NCBI GenBank assembly: GCA_965205945.1
Contig: CBDBIB010000001.1
Span: 224,001 to 288,000 of the forward strand
Length of the DNA stretch: 64,000 nucleotides
Direction: 5' to 3'
Origin: Bdellovibrionales bacterium
GTDB lineage: Bacteria > Bdellovibrionota > Bdellovibrionia > Bdellovibrionales > UBA1609
Shown here: positions 31,250-40,871 of the stretch, piece by piece
How positions within the stretch are numbered: the stretch's first letter is position 1
Layout: each line of letters opens with the position of its first letter
The notes under the pieces: generated by a model
Told to the model about the DNA's origin: nothing
Databases searched by the model: none
The model's input: only the letters and a program-made list of their open reading frames with translations
Made by a program: the position numbers and the translations under genes

Positions 31250-32421
31250 AAATTCTAATAAAAATAAGTGGTTCAATCTCAGTATTTAAAATCTGTTTAG
31301 TTGTTTCTAAACTTGTAAAACAAGGTCACAAAGTTAAAGTTGCAACTACTCTAAGTAGTTTAAAATTTGTTGGCACCTCAACGTGGGAAGGCTTAAGTGG
31401 GAATAAAGTTTTTTGCGATGACTTTACCCCAGGACAACGGTTGGATCATATATATTTAAATGATTGGGCTGACCTTATAGTGTTAGCACCGGCTACAGCA
31501 CAAACACTCAATGTTATTTCAAATGGCGTAGGTTCAAATGTGATCACAACACTTTTTTTAGCCAGAAAAAAAACATGCCCATACTTAATTTTTCCAGCAA
31601 TGAACCCTCGAATGTGGGAAACAAAAACTGTTCAACAATCTGTGGAAAAACTTAAAAGTTTTGATAATGTAAGGGTCTTTAAACCTAAGTCAGGTTCTAT
31701 GGCCTGTAGTCATAACGGTGTCGGCAGACTTAATGAACCAAGCTTTATTTTAAATGAAATACTTAAGTTTGATATAAAAAATAAAAAAGCTTTGATAACA
31801 CTTGGTGGTACAACTGAGGATATTGATGGCGTCAGACAAATCACTAATTTTTCTTCAGGGGAAACTGGACTTGAAATAGCAAAAGCCCTTAAGAAACATT
31901 ATGAGGTGACCGTGGTGGCCTCAAAACAAGCTTTAAAAAATGCTCTAGATTTAGAAGGAATACGACTGATTCCCTTTTTAAATTTAAGTGACTTAACTAA
32001 AGAATTAAAAAACCTTTTAGAGTCTAAAGTTTTTGATTTAATTATTCACGCAGCAGCTATAAGTGATTTTTTACCTATTAAAAAGCAAGATAAGAAAATT
32101 TCTTCATTAGATGATTTTGTTATTGAATTTAAAAAAGCTCCTAAAATACTAAATTCATTGAAAAAATGGTCTAAAAATAAGAACTCTAAACTTATAAGCT
32201 TTAAATTAACTCACAATCAAAGCTCTAAAGAAATAATTAAAAAAATTAATACTCAATTTCAAAATAGTAAATCTGATTTTATTATCCTAAATGAATTAAA
32301 AAATATAAATTTGAATAAACATGAGTATTCAATTTGGCCAAGAGATGCTAAAACTTTTAGCTACTCGGGTGAAACCAAAATACAGATGATTCAAAATATA
32401 CTGACAATAAAAGGCCTTTAA
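31246..32421 (+). CDS. coaBC: Phosphopantothenoylcysteine decarboxylase/ligase
   Basis: Motifs APATA, PAMN, GGTTEDIDGVRQITNFSSG and AAAISDF. Confidence 0.93.
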   Translation: MKILIKISGSISVFKICLVVSKLVKQGHKVKVATTLSSLKFVGTSTWEGLSGNKVFCDDFTPGQRLDHIYLNDWADLIVLAPATAQTLNVISNGVGSNVITTLFLARKKTCPYLIFPAMNPRMWETKTVQQSVEKLKSFDNVRVFKPKSGSMACSHNGVGRLNEPSFILNEILKFDIKNKKALITLGGTTEDIDGVRQITNFSSGETGLEIAKALKKHYEVTVVASKQALKNALDLEGIRLIPFLNLSDLTKELKNLLESKVFDLIIHAAAISDFLPIKKQDKKISSLDDFVIEFKKAPKILNSLKKWSKNKNSKLISFKLTHNQSSKEIIKKINTQFQNSKSDFIILNELKNINLNKHEYSIWPRDAKTFSYSGETKIQMIQNILTIKGL

Positions 32422-32422
32422 T

Positions 32423-33202
32423 ATGTTGATGTGCTTAGATGTAGGAAATACACAAATACATGGTGGAGTATATATAAGGCAAGATCTTAAATTTCAATTT
32501 AGACAGAATACATCAACAGGACTTTCTTCAGATGAGATCGGGGTTTTCTTAAGAACCGTTCTTCGTGAAAATAATATTAATACTGAAAAAATATCTAATA
32601 TTGCAGTTTGTTCTGTGGTTCCTCATATGGATTACAGTTTAAAGAGTGCGTGTATAAAGTATTTTACAGAAAAAGTGATGTTTGTACAGCCTGGGTTAAA
32701 AACAGGCTTAAGAATAAAATATTCAAACCCACTTGAAGTAGGAGCAGATAGAATCGCAAATTCAGTTGCTGCAAAAAACTTATACCCAAATAAAAATATT
32801 TTAATAGTTGATTTTGGAACAGCTACAACACTTGATGCAGTTTCAAAAAAAGGAGATTATCTAGGTGGTGCAATTTTAGGAGGAGCAAAAATTATGATTT
32901 CTGCTCTTGAAAGTAAAACAGCCAGACTTCCCTCAGTTGAAATTAAAAAACCTATTAAAGTTTGTGGTACAACTACAGTTGAAAGTATCCAAAGTGGACT
33001 TTATTGGTCTACACTTGGTGGAGTTAAAGAACTCATAAAACAAATTACTTTAGATAAATTTAAAACAGAAGCTCCAATAGTAATTGGAACAGGTGGTGTT
33101 GGCCAGCTTTTTAAAGATGAAAAGCTTTTTCAGGTTTATATGCCAGAGCTAGTTTTAAAGGGGTTGTATGATCTTTATCAAAAAAATCATGTGACGTATT
33201 AA
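32423..33202 (+). CDS. coaX: Type III pantothenate kinase
   Basis: Motifs LDVGNT, VGADR, VDFGTATT and TGG. Confidence 0.95.
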   Translation: MLMCLDVGNTQIHGGVYIRQDLKFQFRQNTSTGLSSDEIGVFLRTVLRENNINTEKISNIAVCSVVPHMDYSLKSACIKYFTEKVMFVQPGLKTGLRIKYSNPLEVGADRIANSVAAKNLYPNKNILIVDFGTATTLDAVSKKGDYLGGAILGGAKIMISALESKTARLPSVEIKKPIKVCGTTTVESIQSGLYWSTLGGVKELIKQITLDKFKTEAPIVIGTGGVGQLFKDEKLFQVYMPELVLKGLYDLYQKNHVTY

Positions 33203-33709
33203 TTGTAAACGCCTCATTATCAAAGGCATGTTGACTCATTTTAAAATATAACTCAAATAATGAGCTATTAAGCCTAAAGTAAATTATTTAACCTCTAGGT
33301 TTTTTCTTTAAATTTAATCTCTAACCTCAGCTAGCTGATGAAAACACCCACATGAGAATTTATTTTTTAGAAAAATATGCAACAAAAACTCTGAGTAATC
33401 AGAGTCAAAAATGAATTCATGAATTTTAATCTCCAGACTTTAGTTCAACAACACCTCTGTCTTAAAAAAATAACTAAGAACAGCATCTGCATATGTATAG
33501 TCACTGCCTATAAGAAAAACAACAAAATCAATGTTTTACCTATGTTTATGGGCTTCTTCGCGTTTTAGTCATTTCATTTTATTTCACATTATTTAACGTC
33601 ATTTCACGATTTCAGTCGTGAAAGTCGTAAGAGTCGTAACGGTCGTGCTGAATTACAGACCACCTTTAAAACTCTATTTTCTAAAATTTTACTAATGAAA
33701 AAACTGTAG

Positions 33710-33940
33710 ACGATGGATATATTGGTCTCCCACTTGTTAGAAAAAATAACACCAGAGGATATAGAAAGTTTGAAACTTAAATCTATTACTTAAGAGCATG
33801 AAGACAGAAGATTAAGGCATCTTTGGGAAAAGAAAAAAGGCAAAATCTCTGAAAGTAAGTGGAAAGAAATGCTTTATATTAGACAGCTTGCAGGCCTCAT
33901 TGCGGAAAACTCAAGGCTTCAGGTTGCCACAAGTGCCTAG
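33710..33940 (+). pseudogene. 5'-truncated, stop-interrupted homolog of ORF 2788..3150
   Basis: Translates PEDIESLKLKSIT*EHEDRRLRHLWEKKKGKISESKWKEMLYIRQLAGLIAENSRLQVATSA*. Confidence 0.88.
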
Positions 33941-34011
33941 TGGAAATGTAATAAACCATAGAGAGGAAGTGTCACATTTTCTCTCTAATTATAGGTACTT
34001 AGTGGTACATC

Positions 34012-34040
34012 TTGACAAACTACCGCAATCAGTGTAGTTT
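34012..34040 (+). promoter_or_regulatory. sigma-70 promoter and operator of the second TA operon
   Basis: TTGACA-N17-TAGTTT with palindrome AAACTAC-N10-GTAGTTT; same layout as 2688-2716. Confidence 0.8.
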
Positions 34041-34056
34041 ATAAAGGAGTCATGGA

Positions 34057-34378
34057 GTGATTATTAAAAAGATTATTTATTTTGTAACAGAAAATGGAAG
34101 TTCCCCTTTTGAAGACTGGCTGAACAAATTAGACAGTGTTTCACAAGCAATTGTATCTAGGTTTGTTCACAGAGTAGCAAAAGGCGGAGCTAAGAAATCC
34201 ATAAAAGCACTTAAAGACGGTGTTTTTGAAATAAAAATAACACACGGCCCAGGCTTATAGAGTGTATTTTGCTGAAGATGGGAATGAGTTAATTATTCTC
34301 CTCGTAGGTGGAGATAAAAAAACTCAAAGTCGTGACATAGATAAAGCTAAGGAGCTTTGGAGGAATTATGGCAAATAG
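34057..34378 (+). pseudogene. RelE/ParE-family toxin, frameshifted
   Basis: Extra C near 34254 (ccaggcttatag vs ccaggttatag in copy 1). [20 protein letters not shown] continues in another frame. Confidence 0.9.
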
Positions 34379-34679
34379 ACATAAAGACTTTAACGAGTTG
34401 ATCGCAACCAAGTTTGAAAACGTAGAATTTTCTCAAGCGTATATAATGACTCTTATCAATGATGAAGAGATGAGTATTGATGAAGCTTTGCGTGAAACAA
34501 TTATTGCAATGGGGCTACAACCCTTTGCTGATAAAGCAGAAATATCAATCCAATATGTGTCAGACTTCGTTAAGAAAAGAAAGAAATTCTCAACTGAGTC
34601 AATCGACAAGTATTTGCAAAAAGCATTTCACTTAAAGATTAAAATGAGTGTTGAATCTGTCAAAGGCGAAGTAGCATAA
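34368..34679 (+). CDS. HTH antitoxin, intact
   Basis: Homolog of 2050..2361 ([11 protein letters not shown]...YVSDFV). Confidence 0.85.
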   Translation: MANRHKDFNELIATKFENVEFSQAYIMTLINDEEMSIDEALRETIIAMGLQPFADKAEISIQYVSDFVKKRKKFSTESIDKYLQKAFHLKIKMSVESVKGEVA

Positions 34680-35980
34680 TAGACCTCCCCAAAATACTGG
34701 ACACTTTTCTAAGTGCGAACTAAACTTAAAAGGAGAGGTAAAAAGGCATGAAGAAGAAAGAGGCTACAGAGTCTAGAAAAAAGTACAATACTTTTTCAGA
34801 AGAATTTAAAGAAGAAGCTGTTGAATTGGCAAATAGAGTTGGAAACAGCCAGGCATCAAGAGATCTAGGAACTACTGAAACCAGTATTAGAAATTGGAGA
34901 AAAAAGCTAAATCCAACTCCTGAAAGCTTATTAAAAGAGGAAAATAAGAAGTCATATAGAGAGCTTGAGAAAGAAAATAAGCGTTTAAAAAAAGAGCTTG
35001 GCTGGATGCAGGAAATTAATACAGTGTTAAAAAAAAGCACAGCGATTTTCTCCTCAGATTAGATCAAAAAGTCAAAATCATGAAAGAGCTAAGTTTAACA
35101 ATTCCCGTCTATTTTTTTATGCATTTTTTTTGGAGTAAGTAAGAGTACTTTTTATTATTTAAATAATAAAAAAAGCTCAAAATCGTTTCAAAGGAAAACA
35201 AAAATAAAGGAAAGAATTAAGAGCATTTTTGAATCATCGTATAAAACTTATGGTTCACCACGTATTTATGAGGAGTTAAAAAATAAGGGCATTTGGATAA
35301 GTGAGAACACAGTGGCTAAGTATATGGTTGAAATAGGCTTAGATGCTAGACACAAGAAGGTTTTTAAGGTTAAGACAACAGATTCAAAGCATAAGTATAA
35401 CATAGCACCAAGACTGTTTAAGGTTGAAAAAGAAGAGTCTTTGCCAAAAGATCCTGGAAGAATTCTAGCCGGCGACATAACATATTTAAGGCAAGGGACA
35501 GGGAGAAACTTTTTATACTTAGCCGTAGTAATTGATTTATTTAACCGTAAAGTTGTTGGTTGGAGTATAGGTAAAAGCTTAGAGACAAGATTGGTGTTAA
35601 AAGCACTTAAAATGGCCATAAAAAAAGTTGGCCCAAGTGCTGAAGTGATTTTTCATTCAAATCGTGGGTCTCAATACGCTAGTGATGCTTATAGACAGTT
35701 TTTAAAAAACAAAAAGATAAGACCAAGTATGAGTAGAAAAGGGAATTGCTATGATAATGCACATACTGAAAGTTGGTTTTCAAGTTTAAAAAAAAGAATT
35801 TTTATATAGAAAAAACTATACTGGAGAAAGAGAATTAAGATCGTTAGTATTTGAATATATTGAAGTTTGGTATAACAAGAAAAGAAGGCATTCTTCTCTT
35901 GGTTATCAAAGCCCTAAAGGGTATGCAATTAAACACAACCTCGCATAGGAAAAAGTGTCCTATTTCTTTGAGCAAGTCCA
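34680..35980 (+). mobile_element. IS3-family insertion sequence, copy 2, full length but inactivated
   Basis: IRL TAGACCTCCCCAAAATACTGGACACTTTT; IRR reverse complement TGGACTTGCTCAAAGAAATAGGACACTTTT. 3-bp TAA duplication at 34677-34679 and 35981-35983. Premature stop in orfA (35060-35062) and homopolymer frameshifts in orfB. Confidence 0.95.
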
Positions 35981-35982
35981 TA

Positions 35983-36252
35983 ATGAACTGTCATTATGTC
36001 ACTCGCTCATTAACTAAACCGTGGGAAGGAAAAGAACGAAAGTTGGTATACTACGACTTTAAATCTGATTCTATCTTAGAAACTACATCAAAAACTCTTT
36101 TTGCGGAAAAAGACTTGCTTGAAGAGAAATATGAAGAAGCCCTAAGTAAATTAATAGAAAGACCACTTGGTATATTCAAACAACAAATAATAGAAAAAAA
36201 ACAGAATGAAGTTAAAGTAGAGGCCATAAGGTATTGTTTTTTTGCTATGTAA
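35983..36252 (+). pseudogene. N-terminal fragment of a DUF4238-like protein
   Basis: Reads MNCHYVTRSLTKPW..LVYYDFK..LFAEKDL..EEALSKLIE, resembling the HYVP..L..F start of DUF4238. The track ORF 35851..36252 is an artificial fusion with IS sequence. Confidence 0.6.
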
Positions 36253-36500
36253 TCTTATTTTAACCCCCTTTGTGATATTATTTGGCTCGCAATTAATCTA
36301 GGGCAAGATATTTATGAGTTCTTTAGTGATTTCCTAAAAAATATCAAGCCTTTAAAAGTTAGCCTTTTTGTGAGCTATTACGCCTATAAGTAAAACACCT
36401 TAGTATCATTAATTTCAGATCAATACACATCTTTCCATAATTAAAGGCATTTTTTAAATTTAATATTAAGACTAAATAAGAAAAACCGATTATAAGTATA

Positions 36501-37454
36501 ATGGCGTATACTAGAACTATAATTCCTCTCATCTTACTAAGCTTTGCTTTCCAGACTTTTGCCTATGAAGATGGTGGTGGATTTTATCGTGATGATGCTT
36601 ACTCCATAGGAGAGAGAAGTACCTGTGGGAGCTTATGTATTTTAAGTCCCAATTATTATGAAGGATATTTATATCAGCAAGAAAGAAACTCTCGCCTATT
36701 TGCCCCTGAAATTATAATCACTAGTACACAGCAAGAAGATAAAATCAATGCCTTGAATTATAAATCTAAGGATTTACTTCAAGGTCTGGGGTGGGGGCCT
36801 GATACTAATGTGAGTAAGCTTGTTGTAAAGAGAAGAATTCGTATAGCAAGAGCTTTAAGAGACATGGGGTTTCAAATAGCTGAAAATAATAAAAGCTTAA
36901 AATCTGCATTTTGGAGAGAAATTAGAAAACCTATTTTATATAGCCTTAGAGACCGTATAACTGAGCCATATAAAAAAAAGAAGCTCTCGCTTAACGAGAA
37001 GACAAAGATTTGGTTTTTAGAACAAACTGTAGATGCGGGAGCATCAAGTTTGAATTTAGATAGTTTTGGCGGCAGTGATGGGCAAGCACTTAATACAGAT
37101 TTTAATATTCAAAACCTTATCTTCAAATTTTATCCTCGAGTAGATCCCATTGTGGGACGCTATGGGATGCGCTTTAAGGTAAGAAAATATGTAATTAAGC
37201 ATAGAAAGCTTCATTTTAGTTTAAGCGCAAACTATTGCAATTCTTCTACTGGTTTTGGGGATAAAATATGCAAATATCAACATGAATTGTCTACAAGTTT
37301 TTCTTTTATAAGTCCTACAAGAAAATGGGTTGGTTTAGCTTATGTGTCTTATCAAACATCTTCTCAAGACGAGAATGCATATTTTGTTGATGGTAAGTCT
37401 TATCAGCATACTCCATGGCTTACAGGGGTGAGCGCAACCTATCAATTTTATTAA
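36501..37454 (+). CDS. Hypothetical secreted or outer-membrane protein
   Basis: Signal peptide ending FA; beta-strand-rich C-terminus ending YQFY. Confidence 0.7.
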   Translation: MAYTRTIIPLILLSFAFQTFAYEDGGGFYRDDAYSIGERSTCGSLCILSPNYYEGYLYQQERNSRLFAPEIIITSTQQEDKINALNYKSKDLLQGLGWGPDTNVSKLVVKRRIRIARALRDMGFQIAENNKSLKSAFWREIRKPILYSLRDRITEPYKKKKLSLNEKTKIWFLEQTVDAGASSLNLDSFGGSDGQALNTDFNIQNLIFKFYPRVDPIVGRYGMRFKVRKYVIKHRKLHFSLSANYCNSSTGFGDKICKYQHELSTSFSFISPTRKWVGLAYVSYQTSSQDENAYFVDGKSYQHTPWLTGVSATYQFY

Positions 37455-37475
37455 GTAATTTATTTTATAAAACCA

Positions 37476-37524
37476 CTATATTCAAGGTTTTTTTAAAAAA
37501 CCCTTTAAAAAACCTCGAATATAG
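37476..37524. terminator. Long imperfect hairpin downstream of 36501..37454
   Basis: CTATATTCAAGGTTTTTTTAAA ... TTTAAAAAACCTCGAATATAG. Confidence 0.55.
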
Positions 37525-37588
37525 AATTGCAGTTAAATTGACAAGTATCTAGGCTCATGGCACAAACAAGCATCATGGGAGGAAGTCT

Positions 37589-37954
37589 ATGTATGCCATT
37601 TTAAAATCAGGTGGAAAACAATATCGTGTTAAAGCTGGTGACTCATTAAAAGTTGAAAAACTTAGTCAAAACGTTGGATCTGAAATCAATATTAATAAGG
37701 TTTTATTAGTTGGTGGAGATAAAACATTTATTGGAACACCATTAGTGAACAAGGCATCTGTAATAGCAGTTGTGACTAAACAAGCAAGATATTCAAAAAT
37801 CATGGTTCTTAAAAAGAAAAGAAGGCAAGGCTATCGAAAGCTTCAAGGTCATAGACAAGATTTTACAGAGCTTTTTATTAAAAGTATTCAATCTCCTAAC
37901 AATGATGTTAGTAAGGCAGAAAAAGAAGCTAAAATTTATACTACTAAGGTTTAG
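37589..37954 (+). CDS. rplU: 50S ribosomal protein L21
   Basis: Motifs [14 protein letters not shown] and GHRQDFT. Confidence 0.97.
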   Translation: MYAILKSGGKQYRVKAGDSLKVEKLSQNVGSEININKVLLVGGDKTFIGTPLVNKASVIAVVTKQARYSKIMVLKKKRRQGYRKLQGHRQDFTELFIKSIQSPNNDVSKAEKEAKIYTTKV

Positions 37955-37991
37955 TTGTTTAGCTTAAATATTTAAATATAAGGGTTTAGTT

Positions 37992-38261
37992 ATGGCATCA
38001 AAAAAAGCTGCGGGCAGTTCAAAAAACGGAAGAGATAGCAAAAGTAAAAGGCTTGGTGTGAAAAGGTTTGGTGGAGAAAATGTTTTGCCTGGAACTATCA
38101 TTATCAGGCAACGTGGAACAAAAGTTCACCCAGGAAATAATGTTGGAGTAGGTAAAGATTTTACAATTTTTGCAAAAATCCATGGAAAGGTTAAATTTGA
38201 AAGAATGGATAAAAAAAGATTTAAAGTAAGCGTTTATTCTTTACAAAATGGCACAACCTAA
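37992..38261 (+). CDS. rpmA: 50S ribosomal protein L27
   Basis: N-terminus [16 protein letters not shown]. Confidence 0.97.
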   Translation: MASKKAAGSSKNGRDSKSKRLGVKRFGGENVLPGTIIIRQRGTKVHPGNNVGVGKDFTIFAKIHGKVKFERMDKKRFKVSVYSLQNGTT

Positions 38262-38353
38262 TAATCCAACCTTTTTAAAAAAACAGATATGACCATGGAA
38301 TTTGTGCCACCATATCTGTTCTAGGCTATTTAAATAAATTAGAGAATTAATAT

Positions 38354-39394
38354 ATGAGCCCCTCAATACCGTTATTTATAGATAAGATTCAGATTAAAAT
38401 TGCTTCAGGTAATGGAGGCTCTGGCTGTGTAAGTTTTCGTAGAGAAGCCAAAGTCCCACGTGGAGGTCCTGATGGTGGAGATGGAGGTAAAGGAGGAAAT
38501 GTCTATATTGTGGGGGATCGGTATAAGCATACACTCTTAGACTATAAATATAAGAAAAATTATTTTGCTAAAAATGGCATGCCTGGACTTGGAGCTAAGT
38601 GTTATGGAAAAGCTGGAGCAAACACAGTCTTACCGGTTCCTTTAGGAACTCAAATTAGAAATAAAGAAACTAAAAAACTTATTCTTGATGTAGTAGATGA
38701 GGAAATGTATTTATTATTAAAAGGTGGTAAGGGTGGCCTTGGAAATTGGCACTTTAAAAGCGCAAGATTGCAAGCGCCAGAGTATGCACAAGGTGGGATT
38801 TTAGGCGAATCAATGGAGGTTACTTTAGAGTTAAAACTTTTAGCTGATATAGGACTAGTGGGATTTCCCAATGCAGGTAAATCAACACTAATCTCAGTTT
38901 TATCAAAAGCTCGTCCAAAAATTGCACCATATCCATTTACTACTTTAAACCCTCAACTAGGAGTAATGGAGCATAAGCAGACAGAGTTAGTTATTGCAGA
39001 TCTGCCAGGCTTAATTAAAGGAGCTTCAGATGGTGTAGGGTTAGGATACAGGTTCTTAAGGCATGCTGAAAGAACCAGTCAAATTCTACACTTGATTTCT
39101 TTAGACCCTAATGAAGAAGAAAGTCCTTATAAGAGATATCTTGCTATTTGCAAGGAACTTAAAAATTATCAAAACCGACATATGAAAGAAAATGAAAAAA
39201 AAATATATAAGTTAAAGGAAAAGGTTCTTTTAACTAAGGCAGATATTTGTCCTAACAACCTACAAGAACAAGCAGTAGATGAATTTTATAATCATGGCAT
39301 TAAAGCAATGGTAATTTCATCTGCATCACATGAAAATATAGAAGTTTTAAAAGATAATTTGATTAAAGAAGAAGTAAACCATCATGGCAAATAA
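38354..39394 (+). CDS. obgE: GTPase ObgE/CgtA
   Basis: Motifs GGPDGGDGG, GFPNAGKST, YPFTT and DLPG. Confidence 0.96.
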   Translation: MSPSIPLFIDKIQIKIASGNGGSGCVSFRREAKVPRGGPDGGDGGKGGNVYIVGDRYKHTLLDYKYKKNYFAKNGMPGLGAKCYGKAGANTVLPVPLGTQIRNKETKKLILDVVDEEMYLLLKGGKGGLGNWHFKSARLQAPEYAQGGILGESMEVTLELKLLADIGLVGFPNAGKSTLISVLSKARPKIAPYPFTTLNPQLGVMEHKQTELVIADLPGLIKGASDGVGLGYRFLRHAERTSQILHLISLDPNEEESPYKRYLAICKELKNYQNRHMKENEKKIYKLKEKVLLTKADICPNNLQEQAVDEFYNHGIKAMVISSASHENIEVLKDNLIKEEVNHHGK

Positions 39395-40382
39395 AATAGG
39401 GGTTTTTGGTGGAGTGTTTAGTCCTATCCATTTTGGACATATCAATAGTATTTTAAATGTAAAAGAAAAAATGAAGCTTAATAAAATAAGGGTTATTCCA
39501 GCTTTTCAAAGTCCGGGTAAAGAAATCATTAAAAAACCTACAGCTGAAGAAAGGCTAGAGTTAGTAAAGTTAGGACTTGCAGATTACTTAGATGAGGTAA
39601 GTGTTGAGGCTTATGAAATTCAAAAAGGTGGAACTAGCTATTCTATAGATACACTTACAACACTGAAGAATGAAAATCCTGACGATTTATTTTATCTTAT
39701 TATTGGCCTTGATCAGTTTAACACTTTTGATTCATGGAAGGATTTTAATAAAATTATCAAACTTGTAAATATTATTGTAACATCTCGCCCTGGATATTTC
39801 TTTCCGTTGTCTAAAGAGGAATTTCCTGAAGGCTTGAGAAAAAAAGTGGATGACTTTGATGGCTATACAGCAATTTTAAAGCATGGTGGTCAAATTAATT
39901 TTATCCGGCTTAAAGATCACGATATGAGTTCTTCTGATATTAGAAAAAAAGTGAGGCTCAATCAGTCTATTCATAAATATGTCCCTATTCAAGTAGAAAC
40001 CTATATTAATAAAAAAAACCTTTATACAATGGAAGAAGGCGTTGATTACGACTCTCGCCATTTAACTCAAAAAATCATAGGAGTATTAAAAAAAAATGGT
40101 GGTATAAATATATTAGGTTTTGATTTATCAAATGATAATCAAATAACAGACTTCTCTATTATCACATCAACTCAAAGTAAAAGGGCTAATACAAGTCTTG
40201 CTAATCAAGTGATTGATCTTGTTAGAGATACGCTTGGAGTTAGACCAATGGCTGTTGATGGTCAAGACGAGGCCAACTGGATTGCTATTGATTACGGTTC
40301 TGTGATGGTTCATTTATTTCATGAATATTTAAGGTATGAGTATAAAATAGAAGAACTTTGGAGTTCATATCCAAAATTATAA
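39384..40382 (+). CDS. nadD: NadD (nicotinate-nucleotide adenylyltransferase) fused to an RsfS domain
   Basis: NadD motifs GGVFSPIHFGH and SSSDIR, then RsfS-like WIAIDYGSVMVHLF..YKIEELW in the same frame. Confidence 0.9.
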   Translation: MANKIGVFGGVFSPIHFGHINSILNVKEKMKLNKIRVIPAFQSPGKEIIKKPTAEERLELVKLGLADYLDEVSVEAYEIQKGGTSYSIDTLTTLKNENPDDLFYLIIGLDQFNTFDSWKDFNKIIKLVNIIVTSRPGYFFPLSKEEFPEGLRKKVDDFDGYTAILKHGGQINFIRLKDHDMSSSDIRKKVRLNQSIHKYVPIQVETYINKKNLYTMEEGVDYDSRHLTQKIIGVLKKNGGINILGFDLSNDNQITDFSIITSTQSKRANTSLANQVIDLVRDTLGVRPMAVDGQDEANWIAIDYGSVMVHLFHEYLRYEYKIEELWSSYPKL

Positions 40383-40850
40383 ATGAATATAGAAATACTG
40401 TGTCCTGAATTTAAAAACCTAGAAATAATCTTTAAAACTGTTGAACGATACGTTTTTATGACAAACCGATTTACTTCATGTGTATTAAAAGAATTTAAAA
40501 CTGAAAAAAATGGATCTCCTAAATATAAAATAGAAAAAGAAGGGGCAAGGATTTTAAAGAAAATTTCAAACAAAGACTTTCTTATTGTTTTAGATAAGAA
40601 GGGCAGCTCTTTTCAAACACTAGAATTGAGTCAGAAATTAGAATATCTTCAGAATAATCAAGGCGTTGAAAAACTAATCTTTTTAATTGGTGGTCCTTAC
40701 GGGGTTAGTGATAAAATAAAAAATAGAGCCAATTTAAAAGTTAAACTTTCTGAATTCACTCTTAACTCTAAGGTGGCCACTATTGTTTTATCCGAACAGG
40801 TTTATCGGTTATTCTCATTAATTGCCGGACACCCTTATCATAATCAGTAG
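40383..40850 (+). CDS. rlmH: 23S rRNA pseudouridine-1915 methyltransferase
   Basis: Motifs FLIGGPYG, EQVYR and GHPYH. Confidence 0.92.
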   Translation: MNIEILCPEFKNLEIIFKTVERYVFMTNRFTSCVLKEFKTEKNGSPKYKIEKEGARILKKISNKDFLIVLDKKGSSFQTLELSQKLEYLQNNQGVEKLIFLIGGPYGVSDKIKNRANLKVKLSEFTLNSKVATIVLSEQVYRLFSLIAGHPYHNQ

Positions 40851-40871
40851 AAAATAAGCACACATTCTAGT

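Noticed and set aside
33325..33380. CTGATGA..GAAA hammerhead-like words
   Set aside because: No convincing stems I-III could be formed by eye.
33520..33560. Possible dif/XerCD site at the island edge
   Set aside because: Only a weak XerD-like half (CTATGTTTATG) and no XerC half at 6-bp spacing.
35851..35982. N-terminal part of track ORF 35851..36252
   Set aside because: Lies inside the IS3 right end; the plausible gene starts at ATG 35983.
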